A DNA stretch of 64,000 nucleotides from an uncultured Acidobacteriaceae bacterium. GTDB lineage: Bacteria; Acidobacteriota; Terriglobia; Terriglobales; Acidobacteriaceae. Below are positions 1-9,118 of the stretch, one piece after another. The stretch's first letter is position 1. Each line of letters begins with the position of its first letter. The stretch spans positions 72,164-136,163 of the forward strand of contig CAVSWK010000024.1 in assembly GCA_963731525.1 (NCBI GenBank). Reading direction: 5' to 3'. The translations under genes and the position numbers were made by a program. The notes beneath the pieces are model-generated. The model did no database searches. It was not told the DNA's origin and worked only from the letters and a program-made list of their open reading frames with translations.

Positions 1-313
1 GGCCTTGTGGGAGTTGGGGGGTGGGGTAGTGGTCGGCGCGGCGTCCGGGGCGGCAGTCTGATCAGGCACGCTCTGAGCAAAAAGCACTGGAGCTGACAGC
101 AAGAGCCCCACAACCATCCATCTGCATGTGCATTGCATCAGAATCTCCGCGCTTTCGCGAGCGGCTACAAGACCCACTACGCCCTGCCTGATTTTACCAC
201 CGCTTGTAGAACGCCGACGCGCCTAATTTCTTGCGCGTCAATGACGAAGGAACCATTGCAGGCGTTGCCCTTGCAAAACATTGAGTCTACCTTCGGCGGC
301 GACAGCGCGTAAA

Positions 314-1360
314 ATGCCAGCGGAGGCTTTCGCTTTGGGCATTGCTTTGAAACCGGCGCTGCGGAATCGAGGCCGCTGCCGACGATGGCTGTGGCTGCTG
401 CTGCTGGGAGCGTCCGTCTTCACCCATGCCCAGACCTGCCAGAGCGCCGCCGATATGGATGTCGCCGTGCGCACGGCGCTCGAAACCGCGGCCAAGCGCT
501 ACTTCGAAATGTCGGCGCGCGGCGATACGGCTGCCTTGAAGCAGAACTCCATTGCCACCGTGGCAGCCAGTTTTGCCGGCATCGAAACCGCAGTCAAAGA
601 GAACGAGGGCGCATTCACCGGCGCACAAGCAACGGTTCGTCCGCCTTTTTTGCTGACCGCCGACGGCCCGGAACCGCTGGCGCGTGCGGAATTCCTTTGC
701 GGAGTATTTGGGAAGTCGGGCCAGACAAAGGATAGCTCGGTATTTGTCCTGAATAATCTGCCCCCCGGCAAGTACGGCGTGACCATTCTTGATGTGAACG
801 GCGGCAAAGTTGCCATGACTCTGACGCTGGTTCTTGAGCAGGCAGGCGTCGAATGGAAACTGGCAGGCTTTTACGCGAAATCCCCGTATGCGGCAGGACA
901 CGATGCCGCGTGGTTCACGCAGCGGGCCCTCGACCTCAAGGCCAAAGCTCAGAGTCACAACGCCTGGTTGTACTACCGCGAGGCGATCGCCCTGTCCACT
1001 CCCGTGGACTTCATGAGCACGCTCGCTACCGACAAACTCTACGACGGGGCGCAAGCTATGCAACCCGCTGATGTGCCCGCCAACGGCAACACAGTGGATA
1101 TAAGCGCCGCCGGCAAGATCTATCGTATAACCGAAATCTTTCCGCTGGCCGTGGGCGACGATCTTGACGTGGTAGTAAAGTATGAGGCCGCCGATGTATC
1201 GAATACGGCGCGCACGTTCCAGGAGAATACGGCTGTGATCAAGGCCCTGATAGCGAAGTTTCCGGAATTTCGCGAAGCTTTTGCCGGAGTGGTGGCGCGG
1301 GCGGTCGATCCTTCCGGCCACGACTACGGCACGCTGCTGGCGATGAAGGACATCAAATAG
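314..1360 (+). CDS. hypothetical secreted protein
   Basis: ORF 281..1360. The ATG at 314 is followed by a basic stretch and the hydrophobic core LWLLLLGASVFTHAQ, which looks like a Sec signal peptide. No family recognised. Confidence 0.5.
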   Translation: MPAEAFALGIALKPALRNRGRCRRWLWLLLLGASVFTHAQTCQSAADMDVAVRTALETAAKRYFEMSARGDTAALKQNSIATVAASFAGIETAVKENEGAFTGAQATVRPPFLLTADGPEPLARAEFLCGVFGKSGQTKDSSVFVLNNLPPGKYGVTILDVNGGKVAMTLTLVLEQAGVEWKLAGFYAKSPYAAGHDAAWFTQRALDLKAKAQSHNAWLYYREAIALSTPVDFMSTLATDKLYDGAQAMQPADVPANGNTVDISAAGKIYRITEIFPLAVGDDLDVVVKYEAADVSNTARTFQENTAVIKALIAKFPEFREAFAGVVARAVDPSGHDYGTLLAMKDIK

Positions 1361-1461
1361 CTGGTCCACAGTTGCCTTCCCCGTCCAGCCGGACTAGTAT
1401 TTTTCAGGGTCATTTCAGCGCAACCAAACTCTCTCACTCGATCTCGTTCTAAGGAGGATTT

Positions 1462-2967
1462 ATGGGTATCGCAGTTTCCCCAATCCAGATTGATTCACGC
1501 GTCAGCGACTTCATTGGCAAGCCGCGCAAAATGCTGATCGACGGCAAGTGGGTGAATGCCGCGTCGGGCAAAACTTTCCCAACCTACAATCCGGCCACCG
1601 GCGAAGTTCTGGCGCAGGTCGCGGAGGGCGATAGCCAGGACATTAACCTTGCCGTGAAGGCCGCGCGCAAGGCGTTCGACAGCGGTCCCTGGTCGCGCCT
1701 GACGGCCTCGGAGCGCGGCAGGCTGGTGTGGAAACTGGCCGACTTGCTGGAAGAGCACGTCGAAGAATTCGCGACGTTGGAAACACTTGATAACGGCAAG
1801 CCGCTCACCGTAGCGCGCGCCGCCGATGTTCCTCTGGCCGTCGATATGTTCCGCTACATGGCGGGATGGGCGACCAAGCTCGAAGGCACGACCATTCCCA
1901 TCTCGGTGCCGTACACGCCCGGCGCAAACTACCACGTCTACACGCTCCGCGAGCCGGTCGGGGTCGTGGGCCAGATTATCCCGTGGAATTTCCCGCTGCT
2001 GATGGCGGTGTGGAAGCTGGCGCCGGCGCTGGCCTCGGGATGCACGGTGGTGTTAAAACCGGCCGAGCAGACGCCGCTTTCCGCGCTGCGTTTGGGCGAG
2101 TTGATTATGGAAGCCGGATTCCCGGACGGCGTGGTCAACATCGTTCCCGGATACGGCGAGACGGCGGGCGCGGCCCTGGCAGCGCACGATCTGGTCGATA
2201 AAATTGCCTTCACCGGATCGACGGAAGTGGGCAAGCTGATTGTGCACGCGGCCACTGGAAACCTGAAAAAAGTCTCGCTCGAACTCGGCGGCAAATCGCC
2301 GAACGTCGTTTTCAAAGATGCCGACATGGACACCGCGATCGCCGGTGCTGCCAGCGCCATCTTTTTCAACCACGGCCAGTGTTGCTGTGCCGGGTCCCGC
2401 CTGTACGTCGAGCGGCCAATCTTCGATCGCGTGGTCGAGGGCGTGGCGGCCAAGGCGGAAAAGATCAAGGTAGGCTCGGGACTGGATCCGGCGACCCACA
2501 TGGGCCCGCTGGTTTCCGAAGAACAGCTGCAGCGCGTCTGCAACTATCTCGAAATCGGGATGGCCGAAGGCGCCAAGGCCGCGTCGGGCGGGCGCAAAAT
2601 CAGTGGCAAGGGATACTTCGTCGAGCCCACCGTTTTAGTCAACACCAAAGACTACATGAAGGTCGTGCAGGAAGAGATCTTTGGGCCGGTGGTAGCGGCG
2701 ATTCCATTCGACGATCCGGAAGAGTTGGTGTCTCGGGCCAACGATTCCGTGTACGGCCTGGCGGCGGGAATCTGGACCAACGACGTCTCGAAAGCACACC
2801 GGACAGCAGCGTTGCTGCGCGCCGGAACCGTCTGGATCAACTGCTATAACATCTTCGACGCGGCGCTGCCCTTCGGAGGCTACAAGCAGTCGGGATGGGG
2901 ACGCGAGATGGGTAAAGACGTTCTCAGTCTCTACACGCAGACCAAGGCGGTGTGCGTCAGGATGTAG
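1462..2967 (+). CDS. NAD(P)-dependent aldehyde dehydrogenase
   Basis: RBS AAGGAGG at 1451-1457. ALDH motifs ELGGKSP, FFNHGQCCCAGSR (catalytic Cys region) and PFGGYKQSGWGRE. 501 aa, a typical length. Confidence 0.9.
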   Translation: MGIAVSPIQIDSRVSDFIGKPRKMLIDGKWVNAASGKTFPTYNPATGEVLAQVAEGDSQDINLAVKAARKAFDSGPWSRLTASERGRLVWKLADLLEEHVEEFATLETLDNGKPLTVARAADVPLAVDMFRYMAGWATKLEGTTIPISVPYTPGANYHVYTLREPVGVVGQIIPWNFPLLMAVWKLAPALASGCTVVLKPAEQTPLSALRLGELIMEAGFPDGVVNIVPGYGETAGAALAAHDLVDKIAFTGSTEVGKLIVHAATGNLKKVSLELGGKSPNVVFKDADMDTAIAGAASAIFFNHGQCCCAGSRLYVERPIFDRVVEGVAAKAEKIKVGSGLDPATHMGPLVSEEQLQRVCNYLEIGMAEGAKAASGGRKISGKGYFVEPTVLVNTKDYMKVVQEEIFGPVVAAIPFDDPEELVSRANDSVYGLAAGIWTNDVSKAHRTAALLRAGTVWINCYNIFDAALPFGGYKQSGWGREMGKDVLSLYTQTKAVCVRM

Positions 2968-2978
2968 GCTGGTAGGCC

Positions 2979-3031
2979 GTGTGGGGACGGGCGCCCTCGC
3001 CCGTCCAGGCCGAGCGTAGCTCGGCAGCTGC
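2979..3031. repeat. 53-nt hairpin-containing intergenic repeat, copy 1
   Basis: GTGTGGGGACGGGCGCCCTCGCCCGTCCAGGCCGAGCGTAGCTCGGCAGCTGC. It contains two internal hairpins. An inverted near-identical copy lies at 3444-3496. Confidence 0.8.
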
Positions 3032-3075
3032 GTGCAGCCACACCAACTCTGGAATCGTTAGACGGTGATTCAAAT

Positions 3076-3099
3076 GGCGGCCTGCGGGCCGCCTTTCTT
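3076..3099 (+). terminator. Rho-independent terminator downstream of the aldehyde dehydrogenase gene
   Basis: Stem GGCGGCC, loop TGCG, stem GGCCGCC, followed by TTTCTTA. Confidence 0.6.
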
Positions 3100-3126
3100 A
3101 TGCGAACAATTCGTGTGGAAAGATGT

Positions 3127-3200
3127 TGGAGGCGCGGGTGAGAATCGAACTCACGATAGAGGTTTTGCAGACCTCGGCCTTACCACTTGGCTACCGCGCC
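3127..3200 (-). tRNA. tRNA-Cys (anticodon GCA)
   Basis: The reverse complement GGCGCGGTAGCCAAGTGGTAAGGCCGAGGTCTGCAAAACCTCTATCGTGAGTTCGATTCTCACCCGCGCCTCCA folds as a cloverleaf. It has a GCA anticodon, a GTTCGATTC T-loop and an encoded CCA. Confidence 0.95.
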
Positions 3201-3240
3201 GGCTAGTGTCGCCAAACGACACGCTAAGACTAGCACGCTA

Positions 3241-3270
3241 AAACGAAAAGCCCTCGCTGCTGCAGGGCTT
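3241..3270 (-). terminator. hairpin plus T-tract between tRNA-Gly and tRNA-Cys
   Basis: On the minus strand: AAGCCCT, a 9-nt loop, AGGGCTT, then TTCGTTTT. Confidence 0.45.
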
Positions 3271-3278
3271 CTAGAAAC

Positions 3279-3353
<75 letters not shown>

Positions 3354-3443
3354 CCAACTGTTTGAGTATAAACGACCCCGTCCCAGGGGAGCAAACATGG
3401 CTTCCTCTGCCGGCTACGGCACCCAGAGCTGCCCTGGCCACTG

Positions 3444-3496
3444 GCAACTGCCGAGCTGCGCTCGGCTTGGACGGGCGAGGGCGCCCGTCCCCACAC
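3444..3496. repeat. 53-nt intergenic repeat, copy 2 (inverted relative to 2979-3031)
   Basis: The reverse complement matches copy 1 with about 3 mismatches. Together the two copies bracket the tRNA-Cys/tRNA-Gly pair. Confidence 0.8.
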
Positions 3497-3522
3497 GAAC
3501 CTTGCAAAGCCTCAGCCAACTC

Positions 3523-4248
3523 CTAATATTTAGCTCCCGCTGGCGTCTGGTTGGCGGCGGCTGTGATCTGGTTGCGGACATCCCAGAGATCTTTGTACAA
3601 CCAGCTCTCCATTCGTTGCTGCAGCACTTCCACCGGCGTCCCCATGGTACCGACGACGCGGCCTCCGATGATGCGTTCGGCGAGCTTGAGATGGTGGAAA
3701 CGGAACAGCTGCATACGTTCATCGAAGTCGAGCAGGCGCTCGGCGACATCGTGCAGCCCGAAGAATTCCTCGTGACGGCGATAAAGCTCGCCGACGGTAA
3801 GCCCCGCGCGGCTGAGCTGCTCGTGGAAGGCGTGGCCGAGGCGCGGGCCGATGTGCAGCAGCGAAAGGAATCCCGGAGAGTCCAGGCCGCTGCCGTGCCC
3901 GAGGCCGGCGCGAATGAGGTGGTAGTCGCAGGGCGTAATGGTCTCCAGAATGTGCAGCAGGCCGATGGGAGGTTCGAGCAGCGAGATGGCGCGACGGATC
4001 AGGCGCGCGCTGTTTCCATAGTCGGCGTGCTCGAGTGCCTCGAGGGCGCGGCCAAGTTCAAAAGCCGCTCCCTTCATGAGCAGTTCCGAGCTCTGGTGCA
4101 CGACCAAAAATGTCATTTCATCTTTGTGCAGCAGTTCTTCGGGCGACTTTTGCAGGGCGAGCAGTTCGTCGGTTCGCAGATAGCGCTCGTAGTCGGTCGC
4201 TGCCTTGCCGGGAAGAATCGGTTTGGTGAATTCGTCGCGATGTGCCAT
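3523..4248 (-). CDS. kynA: tryptophan 2,3-dioxygenase
   Basis: TDO-family sequence (DYERYLRTDELLALQ..., HQSSELLMK, RFHHLKLAERIIG). The start is placed at MAHRDEF (ATG 4248) because the longer ORF would overlap the upstream gene's stop. Confidence 0.8.
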   Translation of the reverse strand: MAHRDEFTKPILPGKAATDYERYLRTDELLALQKSPEELLHKDEMTFLVVHQSSELLMKGAAFELGRALEALEHADYGNSARLIRRAISLLEPPIGLLHILETITPCDYHLIRAGLGHGSGLDSPGFLSLLHIGPRLGHAFHEQLSRAGLTVGELYRRHEEFFGLHDVAERLLDFDERMQLFRFHHLKLAERIIGGRVVGTMGTPVEVLQQRMESWLYKDLWDVRNQITAAANQTPAGAKY

Positions 4249-4259
4249 TCGGAACCTGT

Positions 4260-4985
4260 TCAGGACTGCAAGTGTTCGGCCGGATGATGCGGCGCCCACT
4301 GCGGATCTTCATCCGGCGTTACGATCTGGCCGTCGCGCATGTGAACGATGCGGTCGCCATACTCGGCGGCTTCGGGATTGTGCGTAATCATGAGCACGGT
4401 TTGCCCCAGATCCTTGTTCGACTGGCGCAGCATGTCGAGAACGACGCTCGAGCTTTTCGAATCCAGGTTGCCGGTGGGTTCGTCGGCCAGCACGATGGCG
4501 GGGCGGTTGATGAGCGCGCGGGCTAGAGCGACTCTCTGCTGCTCGCCGCCGGATAGCTCGTTCGGCCGATGCTCCAAACGTTGCGCGATGCCCAGCATAT
4601 CGGTGATCTTCTTCAGGAATGCGGGATCGGGAGCACCCAGGCCGGCGATGTCAACGGCGATCTCGATATTCGAGCGCGCGCTGAGCGTAGGCAGAAGATT
4701 GAATTTCTGGAAGACGAATCCGATCTTGCGCTTGCGCAACCGGGTGCGCTCGCCGTCGGAAAGCGTGGCAAAATCGACGCCATCGATGGTGACACTCCCA
4801 GAGTCGGCACGGGACAGTCCGCCGAGCAGATAAAAGAGCGTCGACTTGCCGCTGCCCGAAGGGCCCACGACCGTAACGAACTCCCCTTTTTGCACGCTGA
4901 AGGAAACACCACGCAGGGCTGGCACGTCCACTTTGCCAACCCGGTAGGTCTTGCGCAGTTCCCTGGCTTCGATGAAGGCCGACAT
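4260..4985 (-). CDS. ABC transporter ATP-binding protein (MacB/LolD/FtsE-like)
   Basis: Walker A GPSGSGKST, signature LSGGEQQR, Walker B IVLADEPT. No adjacent permease gene is visible. Confidence 0.9.
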   Translation of the reverse strand: MSAFIEARELRKTYRVGKVDVPALRGVSFSVQKGEFVTVVGPSGSGKSTLFYLLGGLSRADSGSVTIDGVDFATLSDGERTRLRKRKIGFVFQKFNLLPTLSARSNIEIAVDIAGLGAPDPAFLKKITDMLGIAQRLEHRPNELSGGEQQRVALARALINRPAIVLADEPTGNLDSKSSSVVLDMLRQSNKDLGQTVLMITHNPEAAEYGDRIVHMRDGQIVTPDEDPQWAPHHPAEHLQS

Positions 4986-5030
4986 CCAGTGGAAACGATA
5001 TCACACGAAGGCGGCAAAAATCGGCAGCCC

Positions 5031-5459
5031 TCACGCCACGGTGGCGTGCTCCGCGTTCACCGCGCGGGCGCGGAGTTCAACCGGACGCTTGGGACCCCGC
5101 TTGCGCACCAGCAACAGGCGAATGCGTTCCAGCAGTTCCGCGGGTTCGTACATTCCCTTGGGCAGAAAAACATCGGCCAGCGTTTCGCGTTCGTAGATTT
5201 TGGTGTGGCCGGAGATCAGCATGGCCGGAGTTTGGGGAGAAACACGTTTGACTTCTTCAATCAGACGCGAACCATCCATACCGGGCATGATCAGGTCGGT
5301 GAGCACCAGGTCAACCCCGCCGCGGCGGAAGGCTTCGAGAGCCATTTCGCCGCTGTTGTACGCGAGCACGCGGTAGCCTCGCGTTTCCAGCAGAACTTTG
5401 CGAATGGAGAGCGCCTGTTCGTTATCGTCCACACAAAGAATCGTTTTCTTGGGCTTCAT
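5031..5459 (-). CDS. single-domain response regulator (CheY-like receiver)
   Basis: ILCVDDNEQ...DLVLTDLIMPGMDG...ISGH receiver motifs. Start chosen at MKPKKTIL (ATG 5459). Confidence 0.8.
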   Translation of the reverse strand: MKPKKTILCVDDNEQALSIRKVLLETRGYRVLAYNSGEMALEAFRRGGVDLVLTDLIMPGMDGSRLIEEVKRVSPQTPAMLISGHTKIYERETLADVFLPKGMYEPAELLERIRLLLVRKRGPKRPVELRARAVNAEHATVA

Positions 5460-5655
5460 TGGTCTGACCGGGGGACTGTCGTCACAAATGTTTTCTGAAT
5501 TCGATACCTGATTTCTTTTTTGGGAACTGGGAACGAGGTGAATGCTAAATACAATCGCGGCTCTAGTAAAGTAGCGCGACCGCCACTGGCACTTCGGTGT
5601 TTGGTAAGAACGTGCCATCGGCCTGAGAGCCGCGCCGGTCACAGCGTTTGATCTG

Positions 5656-6594
5656 CTAGATCGGAATCATGACTTGACCGCGGAGAACTTCCACACAATT
5701 TCCACCGACACGCACATTGACCACCTGGTTATCCTGCCCATCATTTTGCCGATCATCCCGCTTTGTCGCGCGAACAAAAATCCTGCTGGGACGGCGCATT
5801 TCGAGCCCCTGCTCGATCAAAACCTGCTCATCGCTGGCGGCAACGCCATGCGCCACCATCCAGGCGGCACAGCATCCGGCGGCGGACCCGGTGGCGGGAT
5901 CGTCTCCGTTGTAAAAAATCATGCGGGCGTGGAGACGGGCCTTCGGATCGACGGTTTCGCGGCAAACAAAGTAAAAGAATTTCCCGCCGCTGCGCCCGAG
6001 ATATTCGGCGGAGCCGTCGAGATCGAGGCGAAGCTTCTCGACCGTCCGCAGCGACCGCAGCGCGACCATGGTAAAAGGAATTCCGGTGGAAACGGTTTGG
6101 ATGGGCACGGAGTCGTCGAAGTCAGCCGCCGTCAGGCCCGTGAGACGCGCGACGGTATCTACGTCGTGGATCAGGCCGAACTCGGGATTCATCTGCGTCA
6201 TTTCCCCGAAGATAGGTTCCTGAGTTGCTCCCTGGGTGAAGCGCACCGGAACGGTACCGACGTTCAGATCGAGCCGGACTTCGTCTGGTTCGGCGGATGC
6301 GCCGGCCTCGCCATGCAGAACGAAAGCGGTACCCAGCGTCGGATGTCCGGCAAATGGCAATTCTTCCTGCACAGTAAAGATGCGCACCCGCACGCCGCGA
6401 GTCTTTTCCGCGGCGGCATCTCCCGGCAGAATAAAGGTGGTTTCGGAAAGATTCATTTCGCGCGCCAAGGCCTGCATATGCTCAGTGCTCAGGCCGCGTC
6501 CGTCGAGGAAAACCGCCAGCGAGTTGCCGGTGAGGGCGCGGTCGGTGAACACATCGACCTGCACCATGGAGAGTTTCCGGATTGAGGTATCCAT
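5656..6594 (-). CDS. PhzF-family phenazine-biosynthesis-like isomerase
   Basis: N-terminal VQVDVFTDRALTGNSLAVF and overall PhzF-like length. Start at MDTSIRKL (6594); the alternative start is MVQVDVF (6567). Confidence 0.75.
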   Translation of the reverse strand: MDTSIRKLSMVQVDVFTDRALTGNSLAVFLDGRGLSTEHMQALAREMNLSETTFILPGDAAAEKTRGVRVRIFTVQEELPFAGHPTLGTAFVLHGEAGASAEPDEVRLDLNVGTVPVRFTQGATQEPIFGEMTQMNPEFGLIHDVDTVARLTGLTAADFDDSVPIQTVSTGIPFTMVALRSLRTVEKLRLDLDGSAEYLGRSGGKFFYFVCRETVDPKARLHARMIFYNGDDPATGSAAGCCAAWMVAHGVAASDEQVLIEQGLEMRRPSRIFVRATKRDDRQNDGQDNQVVNVRVGGNCVEVLRGQVMIPI

Positions 6595-6683
6595 AAATTT
6601 TACAGAGTTCCTTTCTTCCATTAGACGGAGCATAACCGCCGCCGGATGCGATACCATTACTAAAAACTACGTGAGGAAAGAAC

Positions 6684-7343
6684 ATGTCTCTACGCATCAA
6701 TTCCGAAGCTCCCAACTTCACCGCCGAAACCACGCAAGGCACAATCAACTTTCACGAATGGATCGGCAACGGCTGGGCCATCCTGTTTTCGCACCCCAAG
6801 GATTTCACTCCGGTGTGCACCACGGAACTGGGCTACATGGCGGGTCTGCAGCCCGAGTTCGCCAAACGCAACACGAAAATTATTGGGCTAAGCGTGGATC
6901 CGGTAACCAGCCACGGCAAGTGGGCCGCTGACATCGAGGAAACGCAGGGTCACAAGGTGACCTATCCGATGATCGGCGATCCGGAACTCAAGGTCGCGAA
7001 GCTCTATGACATGCTGCCCGCCGAGGCTGGAACCACCAGCGAAGGCCGCACGGCAGCCGACAACGCCACAGTGCGCACGGTCTTCGTGATTGGTCCGGAC
7101 AAGAAGATCAAGCTGATGCTGATCTACCCTATGAGCAGCGGACGAAATTTCGATGAGGTGCTGCGCGCGCTGGATTCGATCCAGCTCTCCGCGAAACACA
7201 ACGTGGCCACGCCCGTGAACTGGAAACCAGGGCAGGACGTGATCATTCCCACATCGGTCTCAGAAGACCAGGCCAAGCAGAAATATCCCGGCGGCTGGAA
7301 GACTCTGAAGCCCTATCTGCGAGTGGTGGCGCAGCCGAAGTAG
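6684..7343 (+). CDS. 1-Cys peroxiredoxin (Prx6-like)
   Basis: FSHPKDFTPVCTTELG peroxidatic-Cys motif, 219 aa, RBS GAGGAAAG upstream. Confidence 0.9.
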   Translation: MSLRINSEAPNFTAETTQGTINFHEWIGNGWAILFSHPKDFTPVCTTELGYMAGLQPEFAKRNTKIIGLSVDPVTSHGKWAADIEETQGHKVTYPMIGDPELKVAKLYDMLPAEAGTTSEGRTAADNATVRTVFVIGPDKKIKLMLIYPMSSGRNFDEVLRALDSIQLSAKHNVATPVNWKPGQDVIIPTSVSEDQAKQKYPGGWKTLKPYLRVVAQPK

Positions 7344-7361
7344 TTCGTGTTACGTTCCCAA

Positions 7362-7414
7362 CGAACTTCTCCACAAACTTGCTCGCGAACTTTTTTGCGA
7401 ACTTTTTCGAACTT
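7362..7414 (+). promoter_or_regulatory. four CGAACTT heptamers immediately upstream of tRNA-Sec
   Basis: CGAACTT occurs at 7362, 7386, 7398 and 7408, interspersed with T-tracts. The last copy ends 2 nt before the tRNA 5' end. Function unknown; it could be a promoter or UP-like element. Confidence 0.3.
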
Positions 7415-7415
7415 C

Positions 7416-7512
7416 GGAAGCGCATGCGGTCCGGTGATCGTCCCGGTCTTCAAAACCGGCGGGCGGCATCTCCGATGTTGCCGGTGTGTTCGACTCACAC
7501 ACGCTTCCGCCA
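7416..7512 (+). tRNA. selC: tRNA-Sec (anticodon UCA)
   Basis: 97 nt: GGAAGCGC...CCGGTGA...CTTCAAA (TCA anticodon)...long variable arm...GGTGTGTTCGACTCACAC...CGCTTCCGCCA. The block pattern matches E. coli selC (GGAAG..CCGGTGA..CTTCAAA..GGTTCGACTC..CTTCCGCCA). Confidence 0.93.
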
Positions 7513-7523
7513 AAACAAAGGAT

Positions 7524-8657
7524 TTAGCCAGCCTTGCGATCTGTTTGCGATCCGTTAAGAGCTAACCCTGCCACTTTCCCACACGCTACGGCCATTTCGT
7601 CGGTGACCACATCCCCGTAGGTGTTCATCGTTGTGCGAATGTCCGCGTGCCGCATCAACTTTTGTTGGACGGTCATCGGAGTTCCCACCGCGTCAAGCCA
7701 TGAGCGGTACGTGTGCCGCATGCTGTGCGTGCTGACGTGCGCGATACCAGCGGCAGATGCGGCTTTCTGGTATGCATCGTTAACGCTGTCGGCTGACCAC
7801 GGCAGACGCCCTAGTTGCGCTGGGGAGGCGAAAATCCAATTCCCCTGTGCGGAGAATCTAGTTGTTTGCTTCCACAGATTGAGTGTGTCGAGCATGGTTT
7901 GGCTGACTGTAATCGCCTCGCGCGAAGTTTCGGTTTTCACTTCATCTATTCGTTGTCGAACGATGCCACGTTCTACGCTGAGTTTTCTGTCGAGCCAATC
8001 CACATCCGACCACCGCAGTGCGAGGCATTCGCTAATTCGCAAACCTAAGCACACGCATACGAGGGCAATGGTGCGGAATATTTCCCGGAGGTGAACGATG
8101 AACCGCTGGAACTCATCGACCGTCACACTGCGCGGTTTGCTACATCGCTTCGACGCGCCTTTGATGGTAACCAGTTCCATAGGGTTTCGCTGTGTCGGCA
8201 CGTCACCGCGCCACATCGCGAAATCCCACAGGATGCGAAGCAATCCGCGAACGGCTGCTCTACTCCGTGGTGTAAGTTCGAGAGATTGCAGCCACAATTC
8301 AGCAGGACGCGCCTGCACGTCTGCGATCTCGCCCTCACCCCACCTCGGGATAACGTGATTCTTCAGCCATGCTTCATACGATCTTCGCGTACTGTAGCGT
8401 TGCGGCATCTTCTCTGCTCGGTACTGTTCGATCAGCGAGCACACCGTAATAATTCCCTCGGTGCTCAACCTCGGGTCCGGCAATGCGTACTGGAAAGATT
8501 GCGCTACTCGCCAAGCCGCTCCCTTGGTTGGATATTCCTCCAAGGTCCCGATTTGTTTCGAACGGCGCTTTCCTTCTTCCCACCACAGGAAATTCCAAGT
8601 TTTCCTTCGTTTGTCAAAGACCACACTACCCGTTTTGTACCGTGCTGCCCTTTTCAT
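7524..8657 (-). CDS. int: tyrosine-type site-specific integrase
   Basis: C-terminal catalytic motifs HSMRHTYRSWL and LMRHADIRTTMNTYGDV (R..HxxR..Y). The stop lies 12 nt from the tRNA-Sec 3' end. Confidence 0.9.
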   Translation of the reverse strand: MKRAARYKTGSVVFDKRRKTWNFLWWEEGKRRSKQIGTLEEYPTKGAAWRVAQSFQYALPDPRLSTEGIITVCSLIEQYRAEKMPQRYSTRRSYEAWLKNHVIPRWGEGEIADVQARPAELWLQSLELTPRSRAAVRGLLRILWDFAMWRGDVPTQRNPMELVTIKGASKRCSKPRSVTVDEFQRFIVHLREIFRTIALVCVCLGLRISECLALRWSDVDWLDRKLSVERGIVRQRIDEVKTETSREAITVSQTMLDTLNLWKQTTRFSAQGNWIFASPAQLGRLPWSADSVNDAYQKAASAAGIAHVSTHSMRHTYRSWLDAVGTPMTVQQKLMRHADIRTTMNTYGDVVTDEMAVACGKVAGLALNGSQTDRKAG

Positions 8658-8917
8658 TCCGCCATCCTTTCGTCAGGGCGCACGGATGGCGTAGTGGATG
8701 TTAGCACGGGTGATTCCAGAAGGACCGCGTCTAAGTCAGCTTGCCGGAAGCGCCAAACGCGACGCTTGGTACCTGATAGTGCAAAGGCTTTCACCCTGCC
8801 TTGCCGAACCCAGAGCAGGAGCGTGCGGACTTTCACCCTGAGGTATCGCGCAGACTCAGCGGCGGTGAGCCATTCGGTAGTCGGAGGAGTTGCGGATTGG
8901 GCAGACGTTGTGGTCAT
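8654..8917 (-). CDS. xis: excisionase-family helix-turn-helix DNA-binding protein
   Basis: WLTAAESARYLRVKVRTLLLWVRQGRVKAF is a MerR/AlpA-type HTH. Its stop overlaps the integrase start (ATGA at 8654-8657). Confidence 0.7.
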   Translation of the reverse strand: MTTTSAQSATPPTTEWLTAAESARYLRVKVRTLLLWVRQGRVKAFALSGTKRRVWRFRQADLDAVLLESPVLTSTTPSVRPDERMAE

Positions 8918-8995
8918 CGCGAATGAGATACTCCCTGGAAATTAATCTTGCCGTTCTTCACTGGAAGTGGTGCATCTTCAAATCATCCGGCGGTT

Positions 8996-9118
8996 TCAAG
9001 ACATGGCGTACCCCGATGTCGTCTCTTTTTCGGCGTCGTCGTGCATCTGCTTGGCGACATATAGTAGGAGAACGCCAACTGCCACAAGACAGAGAACTCC
9101 CAGCAGGGTTATTTTCAT
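8996..9118 (-). CDS. 40-aa hydrophobic membrane peptide
   Basis: MKITLLGVLCLVAVGVLLLYVAKQMHDDAEKETTSGYAMS. RBS AGGAG lies 5-6 nt upstream. The ATG overlaps the stop of the zinc-ribbon gene (ATGA at 9115-9118). It is below the ORF-track length cutoff. Confidence 0.45.
   Translation of the reverse strand: MKITLLGVLCLVAVGVLLLYVAKQMHDDAEKETTSGYAMS

Noticed and set aside
287-1369. 360-aa minus-strand ORF overlapping the 281-1360 gene
   Set aside because: It is an antisense shadow ORF of the kind typical of high-GC DNA. It is Arg/Gly/His-rich with no motifs, whereas the plus-strand ORF has a signal peptide and a protein-like composition.
3397-4287. 296-aa plus-strand ORF
   Set aside because: It is antisense to the clearly recognisable tryptophan 2,3-dioxygenase gene and has no motifs.
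4569-5498. 309-aa plus-strand ORF
   Set aside because: It spans the antisense of two separate real genes, the ABC ATPase and the response regulator. It is a compositional artefact.
5674-6585. 303-aa plus-strand ORF
   Set aside because: It is antisense to the PhzF-family gene.
6684-7343. Possible selenoprotein genes (in-frame TGA recoding), considered because selC is in the window
   Set aside because: The peroxiredoxin uses Cys (PVCTTE). The ORF interruptions seen elsewhere are frame changes, not in-frame TGA codons. I found no SECIS-like context that I could support.
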